Shown in pieces: positions 17,782 through 26,707 of a DNA stretch of 45,035 bases. Each line of letters begins with the position of its first letter. The stretch's first letter is position 1. The notes below the pieces were generated by a model that saw nothing but the letters and a program-made list of their open reading frames with translations, had not been told where the DNA came from and made no database searches. The stretch is from Candidatus Levyibacteriota bacterium (lineage in GTDB: Bacteria > Patescibacteriota > Microgenomatia > Levybacterales > UBA12049). The DNA lies in NCBI GenBank assembly GCA_016214555.1, contig JACROF010000014.1, forward strand, positions 1 to 45,035. Reading direction: 5' to 3'. Made by a program: the position numbers and the translations under genes.

Positions 17782-18297
17782 ATGAATAAACCACGAATTA
17801 GTATCATTGTAGCAATGTCTGATAATCGTGTTATCGGAAATAAAGGAGAGATCCCATGGAATATTCCAGGAGAGCAAAAAAGAGTCCGGGAGATTACGAC
17901 CCCACACCCACTCATCATGGGGCGCAAAACACATGAGGCCATCGGAAGAATATTGTCGGATAGGCTTAACATTATCGTTACTTCAGACAGGAATTATAAC
18001 GTTGACGGGGGGGTTGTTGTCCATTCACTTGATGAGGCGATTGAAGTTGGAGTAGAAGCGGAAAAGACCCGCCTTCGTCAAGGCTTCGACGGGCAAAGTG
18101 AAATATTTATTTTTGGGGGAGGGAAAATTTATGAAGAAGCAATTAATCAAGTTGACCGGCTTTATCTGACCATAGTTCATAAAACCGTTGAGGGAGATGC
18201 TTTTTTTCCTGATTACTCATCGTTTACAAAAGAAATAAGTCGAGAAGAGAAAGAATTCGGAAATTTAACATATACCTATCTTACTCTTGAGCGATAA
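17782..18297 (+). CDS. folA: Dihydrofolate reductase
   Basis: IVAMSDNRVIG, IPW, IMGRKT, RLNIIVT, IFGGGKIY, GDAFFP. Confidence 0.97.
   Translation: MNKPRISIIVAMSDNRVIGNKGEIPWNIPGEQKRVREITTPHPLIMGRKTHEAIGRILSDRLNIIVTSDRNYNVDGGVVVHSLDEAIEVGVEAEKTRLRQGFDGQSEIFIFGGGKIYEEAINQVDRLYLTIVHKTVEGDAFFPDYSSFTKEISREEKEFGNLTYTYLTLER
18067..18098 (+). repeat. Short REP-like palindromic element in frame in folA
   Basis: acccgccttcgtcaaggcttcgacgggcaaag, GC-rich island; similar copy at 30178-30210. Confidence 0.65.
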
Positions 18298-19615
18298 AAG
18301 CAGGTTCTCTTTTTCCGTCAGGATGAAATGCATTATAGAATTCAATAACTTTTGTGAGTCTTGCATCCTCATCCCAGTCCAGATTTATTAGGCCACCTCT
18401 TTGAATGTGATCAAATATGTCCTCAAACATCTGATCAAATTCTGGAGAACCCGTTGCTTCACCTTTCATTACATAGTGGCAAATGTGGCTAAGAAATGTA
18501 GTTCCGTTATCAGTACGAGGTCTTCCAACTGCTTCACCACTTTTGGCATCAGCGAGAAATCTGAAATCTTTTTCAATAATTGTTTTCATGATTTCATGAA
18601 GACTTACAGGGACTCGTGGACTGTTGAGGATATTTCTAAATTCATCAAGTCGTTCTTTGGTTTCTGTTTCTATAGAGTCAGAGAAATCGGGATGAATAAC
18701 TTTTTTTGCATTATTTTGTGCGGTATGTGCAAGATATGCAGTCGCTTTTTGAAGAAATGCATCAAAAATTTGTTGGTACTCATCATCTCCCATTCGCCAC
18801 TCTGGGTGTTCGTTTGCTATGTACTGAAGCATATCTTTTTGAAGGGCAGGGCCACCTTGGGAAAATTTGAATGATGCATAAAAGATATCTAGTGCATGTT
18901 CTGGTGATAAATTTTCGACAACAATATTATTCTCCAAAAATCGTTGATGAAGTGACTCTACTGTTTGTTCCTGTGTCATATCCGATGTGTCAACAATAAG
19001 ATCAAAAAATGGGTGTTCTCCATTTTCATTTTGTAGATCAACAGCATAGATATCTTTATCTTCTGGGATAAGAGGGTGGAGTGATCTCCAGCGTGCAAGA
19101 TCGCCTTCTTCTCGCTCAGCATTTTTTGCGAGTGCTTCCTCTGGTGTAAGATCGGGGTATCTTTTTTGCACACGCATAGCTCTTATCATGGGGTCTGCTG
19201 TAAAAAGAACTCGAACGATATTTGGACGTGGTCTCCCTTCGCTTTCTGCTCTGAGTATTTCTTCAGTTGCTATGATATGGGCAAGTCTGCCCTCAAGTAC
19301 CACTTTTTTATCAGCATGTGCTGCGTTATTGACGATTTCTACCTGCATCTGATCCATTTCTCGATCGACATCTACATCTCTTTCTGCATATCCAACGACT
19401 TCTTGACCTGTTCTTAATCGGTGATCTTGTCTAAATTTTTGGCCAACTTTTACAAAATCCATGTTATATCTTGGCGCTAAAGCTTCGCCAACGACTGTTT
19501 TTCCGGTACCCGCTGGTCCAGAAATGGTGATGACGTCAACAAGAGGCCTAAAATTTTCAGGCGAATGGAGAGACTTTTGTGATTCTGGATGTGGAGTTAC
19601 TGTGTGTTCTCGCAT
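18281..19615 (-). CDS. cmk: Archaeal-type cytidylate kinase domain plus about 200-aa unknown C-terminal domain
   Basis: ITISGPAGTGKT, GQKFR, VLEGRLAH, DLIVDTS; ATG 19615 lies 7 nt after TTGCAA-N17-TATAAT. Confidence 0.7.
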   Translation of the reverse strand: MREHTVTPHPESQKSLHSPENFRPLVDVITISGPAGTGKTVVGEALAPRYNMDFVKVGQKFRQDHRLRTGQEVVGYAERDVDVDREMDQMQVEIVNNAAHADKKVVLEGRLAHIIATEEILRAESEGRPRPNIVRVLFTADPMIRAMRVQKRYPDLTPEEALAKNAEREEGDLARWRSLHPLIPEDKDIYAVDLQNENGEHPFFDLIVDTSDMTQEQTVESLHQRFLENNIVVENLSPEHALDIFYASFKFSQGGPALQKDMLQYIANEHPEWRMGDDEYQQIFDAFLQKATAYLAHTAQNNAKKVIHPDFSDSIETETKERLDEFRNILNSPRVPVSLHEIMKTIIEKDFRFLADAKSGEAVGRPRTDNGTTFLSHICHYVMKGEATGSPEFDQMFEDIFDHIQRGGLINLDWDEDARLTKVIEFYNAFHPDGKREPAFIAQE

Positions 19616-19670
19616 CAGCGGCATTATAAGACAGAATTGCTTAGATTGCAAAGTGATCTATTTTGTTATC

Positions 19671-19699
19671 TTGTCAAGCTAAAATGAGACTTGTATACT
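19671..19699 (+). promoter_or_regulatory. Sigma70 promoter of glyA
   Basis: TTGTCA-N17-TATACT. Confidence 0.65.
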
Positions 19700-19703
19700 T
19701 CTA

Positions 19704-19738
19704 TTTAGTTTATAGATATTAGTTTTTAGGGCGTAGAT
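19704..19738 (+). repeat. Five NNTAGNN heptamers in the glyA 5' UTR
   Basis: tttagtt tatagat attagtt tttaggg cgtagat. Confidence 0.6.
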
Positions 19739-19744
19739 TAGAAG

Positions 19745-20761
19745 ATGAAGTATTTAAAAAAGACAGATTCACAAATATATACACTCATCAAAAAAGAAGA
19801 GCAGCGTCAAAAGGACGTTTTGGAAATGATCGCCTCAGAAAATTTTGTTTCTGCTCACTACAATCTTGGCAAAGATGGGATTCTTGATTATGATGCCATT
19901 GAGGAACAAGTGCTCAAGGAAAAACCAGCACTTCTTATTTGTGGATTTACAGCATATCCTCGAAAGATTAATTTCAAACGTTTTGGCGAGATAGCAGACA
20001 AAGCGGGTTGTTATCTCATGGCTGATGTGTCACATATTACCGGTCTTATTGTTGCTGGAGTCCATCCAACACCGGTTCCATACGCACATATCGTTACTAC
20101 CACAACGCATAAAACGCTTCGAGGACCAAGAGGTGCTCTTATTATGGTGACCCAAAAAGGTCTTAAGAAAAATCCTGACCTTCCAAAACAAATTGAGACG
20201 GCAATCATTCCCGGTCTCCAGGGTGGGCCTCACGACAACCAAACAGCAGCAATTGCAGTATGTCTGAGAGAAGCAGCGACACCAAAATTCAAAAAATATG
20301 GAGAGCAGATAGTGCTCAATGCCAAAGCGCTTGCAGAGGGGCTAAAAAGTTACGGTTTTGAGTTGGTAGGTGGAGGCACTGACAATCACCTAATCCTCAT
20401 TGATCTTCGAAATAAAAAAGTCAATGGGCGAGTGGCTGCGATTGCTCTTGAAAAAGCGGGGATAGTCCTTAACTACAATGGCGTTCCAGGAGATCCCATG
20501 CCGCCTCTTTTCTCAAGTGGCATTCGTCTTGGCACTCCAGCTATTACGACAAGAGGACTAAAAGAGCGGGATATGAAAAAAGTTGCCAAGTGGTATAGTC
20601 AGGCAGTTGATCAGGTAAAAGGAATGGAGCTTCCTGTTGATGACAAGGCAAAACGTTCAGAGCTTATGAAAAAATACAGAGGTGAGATTGAGAAAAATAA
20701 AGTCCTTGCTGCAATTGGAAAAGAAGTAAAAACCTTTATTAGTAAATACCCACTTCCGTAA
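19745..20761 (+). CDS. glyA: Serine hydroxymethyltransferase with large in-frame internal deletion (pseudogene or misassembly)
   Basis: IASEN, ADVSH, TTTHKTLRGPRG, QGGPH, GTDNHL, GIRLGTPA present; NKYxEGYPGxRYY, SGSxAN and GGHLTHG absent; 338 aa. Confidence 0.9.
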   Translation: MKYLKKTDSQIYTLIKKEEQRQKDVLEMIASENFVSAHYNLGKDGILDYDAIEEQVLKEKPALLICGFTAYPRKINFKRFGEIADKAGCYLMADVSHITGLIVAGVHPTPVPYAHIVTTTTHKTLRGPRGALIMVTQKGLKKNPDLPKQIETAIIPGLQGGPHDNQTAAIAVCLREAATPKFKKYGEQIVLNAKALAEGLKSYGFELVGGGTDNHLILIDLRNKKVNGRVAAIALEKAGIVLNYNGVPGDPMPPLFSSGIRLGTPAITTRGLKERDMKKVAKWYSQAVDQVKGMELPVDDKAKRSELMKKYRGEIEKNKVLAAIGKEVKTFISKYPLP

Positions 20762-21205
20762 TTCAGGATGTAGAATTCAAAATTCAGAATATTTATATTT
20801 TGGAATTACTTTTAGTATTTAGAATAATTGTTGACAACAATCTCTTAAGTTCTTCACACTCATTATAGATTTTTTCTATCTTATCCATTTTCTTGAGGTT
20901 TGTCTCTTTAATAAGCGCTAGCCAGTAGAGGGTTTCCGAAGCTGACTTTAGTGCGATATTAAAATAATTAATATATTCACGTTTTGAGGTGCTATTGCCA
21001 CCCTCAACGACATTTGCTCCGATTGAAGTTCCTGAACGAACAACTTGATCTAAGAGTGGCCAGTTTGTCCGATTGCCTTTTAGGTCTTCTGAGAGCTCAA
21101 GTATCTTTAATGAAAAAAGAAAACATCGCTTTTTAAATTCTTTTTTGAAATCTGCTTTTTCTTGCGTTGTGTTCATTCTGAACTCTGAATTATTAATTCC
21201 GAATT
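20760..21205 (-). mobile_element. Putative IVS-like element: four-helix-bundle ORF enclosed by 31-nt imperfect heptamer inverted arms
   Basis: Arms 20760-20790 and 21175-21205, 24/31 Watson-Crick plus 3 G-U pairs in the sense RNA; mobility is inferred only. Confidence 0.6.
20793..21176 (-). CDS. Four helix bundle protein (23S rRNA IVP / bAvd-like family)
   Basis: DQVVRSGTSIGANVVEG, SKREYINYFNIALKSASETLYWL. Confidence 0.93.
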   Translation of the reverse strand: MNTTQEKADFKKEFKKRCFLFSLKILELSEDLKGNRTNWPLLDQVVRSGTSIGANVVEGGNSTSKREYINYFNIALKSASETLYWLALIKETNLKKMDKIEKIYNECEELKRLLSTIILNTKSNSKI

Positions 21206-21209
21206 CTTA

Positions 21210-23990
21210 TCATGGTGCGACTTCTTGCCAGATGTAGTTGGGGACTCTCATGATATCGGGAGCGTTGAGGACAAAGTCTGGCCTTTCTTTGATCATAAAT
21301 GATGGGAAGTTGACATTGCTCGTGCAGAGATCACGATTGTTGACAAAATCACCTACGTCATCACTGTTGGCGTCAACAACGATTGCTCCCTGGACGTTAA
21401 GTTGGAGATCTGGCACTTTAGGTGTTGCTGAACAGTCAGCGCTAGATCCTGTATTAAATGCTCTATCAGTGCTGAAGAACCCTTCTATATTTGCACTCCC
21501 TACACTTGGTGCTGGGCATGTTGCTGTTCTTCCGAGCGTTGGACTGACGTTGATATCTCCTGACGAGGAGACAAAAAGCGTTGAGGTGGTTGGGACATGA
21601 ATATTTCCATTAATAGTGACAGTCCCGTCGATGAGGATAACAATATCGCGATTCGCTGCGAGAGTAGCGCCGCCAAAGGTAACGTTACCCGTTGTGACGT
21701 AGACTCCATTGGTAAGTATTGAAAGATTGCAGCTGTTAACATTGCATACATTAGAAAGTGGTGTAGTCGTTATTTTAGATTGTGAAACAACAGATTGCAT
21801 GTATGTGTAGGATGTTTTGATGCTGCCATTGCTTGGGCTAAAGACTTCCGGATACGCACTTCCGCCAACAATCCAATTTTTCGGTGTTCCTGCATTGCCA
21901 AACCAAAAGTCGCCTGGCGCATCACCTGTGAATGCTACGCCATTAGTTGATGAGCCATTGGGGAGAAGCCCAAAAGCGCCAGTGCATAAGCTATCAGGAT
22001 CAGGAGGGATGGGGTTATCAACGCCATTATCAAACCTTACATCAAAACCATATGACTGCCACCATGGTTGACCACCACGGATCGCAAAATTTAATTCTGT
22101 GAGATTACCACTTGCACATGTTCCTCCAGGGGTTGGAGAGGCAGGGCTGCAGCCGGATCCAACAGTTGCGTTAAATGAAGCAGGGGGACCATTTTGAGGG
22201 TGGATCATAACATAGCCTGTTGGTAAATTGGGATACTCAACGGTATAATTTCCAGATATTAGCCCTTCAACAAGATATGAACCGTCGCTGTTGTTGGTGA
22301 CAACAGGCGTTGGAGCATTTGCTGGAAGGTCATCGATAGTAATGCCAGGATTGGCTGGATAGTTAATTTCACTGCCATCTTTAACTCCATTTTCTGCTCC
22401 ATCATCAACGAAAACATTCCCTGATGCAGTATATTTTGGAAAGAATCTGAGGTTTTGTCCGGTAAGATCAGACCTAGCGTCAAAGTCTGCTGATCTTGGT
22501 TGGGTTCCAAGGGGATTGTAGTCATTTCCAGGATTGGCACTTATGTTGTAGGTTCCTGGTTCCAAGACTGGGGAGGTGTAGTTGCCACTAGAGTTGGTAG
22601 TGGCTGTTTTTGTTTCGGGTCCAGTGAATGTGACTGTCACTCCAGAGAGAGGCATATCAACTGAGCTGTTGTATGATGAGCTCTTGTCCATATCAGCATA
22701 AATTCTTCCCTGGATGGTATACCCTACGCTGTACTCAACCGTTACTTGATTATTGCCTGTTTTAGTGTCGACAATATTTCTATCAAAATTAAGAAAGACA
22801 CGAGCTGTATAAGTCCCTTTTTGTGAGAGATCCCATGCTTGTTGATTAATAAATCTATCGCATCTGAGTCCTGGGTTTGGCTTACAGTAGTATTCAGCGC
22901 TAACCCCAGCATTAAATTCGCCGTTTCTTAGGAGAACATCGGTATCTCCAACAGTATCAGGGTCAACGGTATTTGGCTCATTTTTATAAAACCACGTATA
23001 GGTATATTGATCATTTAAGTCTTTTGAAAGAGCTGTCGCATCACCAACATTTTCAATGGTAACTTTTGGAAATATATTTTCACTTATGGCAAATGTTGTT
23101 CGTGTCTGACCACTTCCATTGGTAAGCTCAAAATTTGTTACTCCGATATCTGGGTTGCCAATGACATAGCGAAATTGAGCCTGGTTGTTTGTATAGTTTT
23201 GATCTTCGTCGGGATAGGCATTGAGAGGATCGACAAAGATAAGCGCTGTTCGGGGTTCGTCTGTTCCTCCTGATGCGCTAAAAGAATTTGATCCGATATA
23301 TCTATCGGTATTTGTTGCACCAGGGCGTGAGTCATAAGTCATGGTGGTTCCTGGAGAAAAATCACTGCTATTGTCTTTGATATAGCTGGAGGTGAGGCCG
23401 CTTCGAGGGCTTGTGAAGAGTGTGTCTTGTGTTTGGTAGAGATTGGCATAGACATCGGTACCATCAGGATCCAATTCTCCGATATTTTTAATCTGAGCGT
23501 ACCAATAGATGTCCTCATCTGGTTGGAAATTAAAACTTCTCCCTCCTGTATCTTTGAGATAGAAATTGGTGACCTCAAAATCAGCAGGTGCTGGATAGGG
23601 ATATGGGTAGGGGTAAGGATATGGATAGGGATATGGGTAGGGGTAAGGATATGGATAGATTGGCCCACCCCCGCCACCCCCAGGGAGATCGCTGCAACTG
23701 CCTCCAACGACACAATCGCCATGTCCTATGCATGGATTTCCGCAGGTAAATTGACTTACCGTATCACAGCGTATAATGGAAATGTTTCCTTCTCCCGAGC
23801 CACACGAGTCAGTGCAGACACACTCAATTGGTCCTCCTGGAAGGCAGTTTGTAGGCGTGCATGTTCTTTGCGTGTAATCGCATGAAACACTCACACCAGC
23901 GCATTGCGCATTAGTTAATTGGGGAAATATAGCAGTGAGAAGGCTAAGCAATAAAAGAGCAATCGGCAGGAGGAGCTTTTGTGAGTACAT
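21210..23990 (-). CDS. Large secreted protein: Cys-rich N-terminus, Gly6-(YP)11 linker, two CARDB-like domains, SdrD-B-like domains, beta-helix-like C-terminus
   Basis: Signal peptide; ADFEVTNF...IKNIG...NNQ and PDIGVTNF...IENVG...NNQ; ADMDKS loop; GNVT/GTVTINGNI repeats. Confidence 0.75.
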   Translation of the reverse strand: MYSQKLLLPIALLLLSLLTAIFPQLTNAQCAGVSVSCDYTQRTCTPTNCLPGGPIECVCTDSCGSGEGNISIIRCDTVSQFTCGNPCIGHGDCVVGGSCSDLPGGGGGGPIYPYPYPYPYPYPYPYPYPYPYPAPADFEVTNFYLKDTGGRSFNFQPDEDIYWYAQIKNIGELDPDGTDVYANLYQTQDTLFTSPRSGLTSSYIKDNSSDFSPGTTMTYDSRPGATNTDRYIGSNSFSASGGTDEPRTALIFVDPLNAYPDEDQNYTNNQAQFRYVIGNPDIGVTNFELTNGSGQTRTTFAISENIFPKVTIENVGDATALSKDLNDQYTYTWFYKNEPNTVDPDTVGDTDVLLRNGEFNAGVSAEYYCKPNPGLRCDRFINQQAWDLSQKGTYTARVFLNFDRNIVDTKTGNNQVTVEYSVGYTIQGRIYADMDKSSSYNSSVDMPLSGVTVTFTGPETKTATTNSSGNYTSPVLEPGTYNISANPGNDYNPLGTQPRSADFDARSDLTGQNLRFFPKYTASGNVFVDDGAENGVKDGSEINYPANPGITIDDLPANAPTPVVTNNSDGSYLVEGLISGNYTVEYPNLPTGYVMIHPQNGPPASFNATVGSGCSPASPTPGGTCASGNLTELNFAIRGGQPWWQSYGFDVRFDNGVDNPIPPDPDSLCTGAFGLLPNGSSTNGVAFTGDAPGDFWFGNAGTPKNWIVGGSAYPEVFSPSNGSIKTSYTYMQSVVSQSKITTTPLSNVCNVNSCNLSILTNGVYVTTGNVTFGGATLAANRDIVILIDGTVTINGNIHVPTTSTLFVSSSGDINVSPTLGRTATCPAPSVGSANIEGFFSTDRAFNTGSSADCSATPKVPDLQLNVQGAIVVDANSDDVGDFVNNRDLCTSNVNFPSFMIKERPDFVLNAPDIMRVPNYIWQEVAP
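23593..23658 (-). repeat. (Tyr-Pro)11 coding repeat containing an exact 30-bp tandem duplication
   Basis: ggatagggatatgggtaggggtaaggatat x2 plus ggatag. Confidence 0.95.
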
Positions 23991-23992
23991 GC

Positions 23993-24913
23993 TTAGCTGA
24001 CATTAAAAATGTGATTTGCCACGTTTGTTCCTTCAGAATTTAGTGTAAAAAATAACTTTCTAAATTCAGCCATTCTACCATCTGGATCAACAAGATATTT
24101 TTGTTCTTGCTCAGCTGTTATGCTTTTTTGCTCTTGTAGCTCTGGGACGCTCATGATTGTTAATGCAAATCCTAAAAACTCAGAGGCTTGAAATTTATGC
24201 ATTTGGTATTGTTCTCTATCACCGCTATAGTCTCCATTTCCTGGTACATCATAATGGTTGGTCCAAAATTCTAATCTTGTTTCTCCATTGCCAGAAGTAA
24301 ATCCTTCGGAGTGGCCAGAGTATTTACTATATAGCGCATGACCTGGTAAGCCTAACCATACAAGCCTTACGGGATCAGCTGGATCTATGGTAATTTCTTC
24401 AGGGACAGGCTCGGTACCTTTTCGGCCTTTTGCTCTAAATTTGACATTGTCTCCAGCCTCAAGTTTGGTTACCCATTCATCAAATGTTACATCTGCTCTG
24501 CTTTCAGGCTTATTGGATTGCCAGCCTCGATACATGCCAAGTCTGATAGCATTGTTGAGTCTATCAACTGCATCTGGAAATCCTGTTTCAGGGTCTGTAT
24601 TAAGGTCTATTGCATGCATCCAATTGGTAGGAGCTTCAAAAAGGTTTTTCTCAATACATAGTGTCACGTTGCCAAAAGGACTATTTTCATTTTCATATCC
24701 AATTTCATAACCATATTGTTCTTTTTGTACCTCAGGGGTTGGGAGAGGGACGTAGGTAGGTGTTGGCTCTGCCTGTTTTGCTGAGGCAATATCCGGAAGT
24801 TTTCCAAAGACGGCTGCGCTTACCACTGCTGCTCCAGCGGTTTTTAGCAAGTCGCGCCTACTTAGCCTTGTGTCTAGTATATTTGCAACGTTTTCTTTCA
24901 TATCTGCAGGCAT
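23993..24913 (-). CDS. Hypothetical exported protein with twin-arginine-like signal
   Basis: LSRRDLLK, hydrophobic stretch, ASA, then PTPT linker. Confidence 0.75.
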   Translation of the reverse strand: MPADMKENVANILDTRLSRRDLLKTAGAAVVSAAVFGKLPDIASAKQAEPTPTYVPLPTPEVQKEQYGYEIGYENENSPFGNVTLCIEKNLFEAPTNWMHAIDLNTDPETGFPDAVDRLNNAIRLGMYRGWQSNKPESRADVTFDEWVTKLEAGDNVKFRAKGRKGTEPVPEEITIDPADPVRLVWLGLPGHALYSKYSGHSEGFTSGNGETRLEFWTNHYDVPGNGDYSGDREQYQMHKFQASEFLGFALTIMSVPELQEQKSITAEQEQKYLVDPDGRMAEFRKLFFTLNSEGTNVANHIFNVS

Positions 24914-24951
24914 ACTACTATTATTACTATTATACCATATTCATGCAAGAG

Positions 24952-25575
24952 CTATTGTTTTTTTACCTGAAAAACAGGTACTTTTTGATTAAAAAGATTT
25001 TGATTGATCTGCGTTCTTAGCTGCGTTATTTCCTTTATATCAGCCGTTGGATTATGATAGCTGATTTGAGTGATAAAGAAAATGAGCTCAGAACTTGCTG
25101 TATAGGATAGATTTTCCTCTTTCAAGCTTTGCAGAAATTCAGGATTGATATAGAGCATAATACTTAAGGTTTTTGTCTTTTCATCATAAGATTCTCCTGT
25201 AGCGCTTACGAGTGCTTTCTTTTCACCAAATAGCTTGTTGTATGGTTGTTGTTGGGAAACAAGCTTAAATACGACCTGTGAAGCTCGTACAGGCGTTTTT
25301 TTGTCGTATGCAACAACATCTTTGTTAAAAAAATTGTACCTCAAGAGGTAGTCATTTAGTGTTTTTTTGTTAGTAATCGTAAAAGAGTAGCCCGGAACTT
25401 CTGAGACAGCTTTGGTATTCCAGCTAAAAAATGTTTTGATCGAGTTCAAATTGAGAAAGATGATTACCAAAAGCACAACTGCGATAACAAGACCAAATAC
25501 TCCGAAAATAGCCTTTTTTTTGTGTATGCGTAATGAGCTTGATTGGGGTTGGTTGGTGATTTGAGCTTCAGGCAT
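24952..25575 (-). CDS. Hypothetical single-pass membrane protein
   Basis: KKK followed by one TM helix; ATG 25575 preferred over TTG 25590. Confidence 0.75.
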   Translation of the reverse strand: MPEAQITNQPQSSSLRIHKKKAIFGVFGLVIAVVLLVIIFLNLNSIKTFFSWNTKAVSEVPGYSFTITNKKTLNDYLLRYNFFNKDVVAYDKKTPVRASQVVFKLVSQQQPYNKLFGEKKALVSATGESYDEKTKTLSIMLYINPEFLQSLKEENLSYTASSELIFFITQISYHNPTADIKEITQLRTQINQNLFNQKVPVFQVKKQ

Positions 25576-25640
25576 ATGAAATTTGAGCAAGTGAGGCTCT
25601 TTTTGAGTATAGGAGCATCAGATAAGTATGTCAACAAAAT

Positions 25641-26687
25641 TTATTGGCCCCTGTAGAGTTTTTGAATCTCTTGAAGATGGCTGCTGCAGAGGTCTTGCTG
25701 TTTTTTATCTGTATTTGCTTGGCATACTCGGGGGGATTTAGTCTGCCAGTCTGGCATGTTTTGGAAAATAAATTCGCCAGCGGCTGCTGAAAGACATTGA
25801 TATTGAAAATTTTTATCATTAAGTATGTTACACATGGAGATTAAGTCTGGTACATTTTGTTTGGAGAGGTACACAGCCTGAAATCCTATTGCCACAAAAC
25901 ACGCAGTCTTGAGGTCTGGATCTTTGGCCTTGGCACATGCCTCTGCAGACTCTTTAAAGTTTTTATTAAGTCTTGACATCATCACAGTTGGTTGATTTCG
26001 TCCACAGGCATATGAATACTTAGTTCCAACGCTATCACAGGGATAGAGAGGATTATCAGGGCGATAAAAGCTATCAAGAGCCTCGCGAGAAAACTCCATA
26101 AAGACACCGTCATAGCAATATTGAGGCGCTCCTTTAGGAAGTTTGTCACATGTTTTAAGAGAGGACGTAAGTTCTTTTACTTTAAAATAGCTAGCAATTC
26201 CATGTCCAATCCCATGAATACAGCTGGAGTATCCTCCAGCATTTCTAATTTGAGCGCACGCTTTTTCGGCTGGGGAAAGAGCTGAGAGATCTTTTTGAAA
26301 TGCCTGGTCTAGAAGTCCGTGGTAGCACCCAAAAGCAAATTCAGGCGTACAGATAGTCATGCCATTGAGGCCTTCTGCTTCAAAAAGTAATTTTCCAGCA
26401 AAATGGGCATATTCGTGAGCACTATCATTAGCAGTATCTTTGCTATAGGTATTGATAACATATTGCCACGCTTCCATGGCACTCTGTGTTGTGGCGACCT
26501 TTTTGATTGCGTCTATATTTTTTTGATCGGGGAGTTCATCTGTTTTTTTCTCAGAGACAGACTGGGTGGATACCGGGGAAACTTTTTTGGAAGATGAAAG
26601 ATATTTTAAACCAAAAATTACGACAATGATCAATATCAAAAGTAGAGCAAAAAGAGGAATTTTTCTTTTGTGAATTTTTATTGACAT
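25641..26687 (-). CDS. Membrane-anchored Cys/His-rich helical-repeat protein (paralog A)
   Basis: TM anchor; AHEYAH, GCYHG, CIHGIGHG, CYDGVFME, YPC. Confidence 0.8.
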   Translation of the reverse strand: MSIKIHKRKIPLFALLLILIIVVIFGLKYLSSSKKVSPVSTQSVSEKKTDELPDQKNIDAIKKVATTQSAMEAWQYVINTYSKDTANDSAHEYAHFAGKLLFEAEGLNGMTICTPEFAFGCYHGLLDQAFQKDLSALSPAEKACAQIRNAGGYSSCIHGIGHGIASYFKVKELTSSLKTCDKLPKGAPQYCYDGVFMEFSREALDSFYRPDNPLYPCDSVGTKYSYACGRNQPTVMMSRLNKNFKESAEACAKAKDPDLKTACFVAIGFQAVYLSKQNVPDLISMCNILNDKNFQYQCLSAAAGEFIFQNMPDWQTKSPRVCQANTDKKQQDLCSSHLQEIQKLYRGQ

Positions 26688-26707
26688 CGCCACTATAATA
26701 ATACAAG

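Noticed and set aside
18007-18013. Poly-G tract in folA as a phase-variation site
   Set aside because: Short, in frame, encodes Gly-Gly-Val in an essential enzyme
20793-21176. Diversity-generating retroelement, given the bAvd-like protein
   Set aside because: No reverse transcriptase and no TR/VR pair differing at adenines seen in the window
23593-23658. CRISPR array or other spacer-containing repeat
   Set aside because: Contiguous coding tandem repeat without spacers; no cas genes or repeat-spacer arrays seen anywhere
24914-24934. TAC/TAT triplet run upstream of the twin-arginine gene
   Set aside because: Short low-complexity 5' UTR next to a TATAAT box; no further structure supportable
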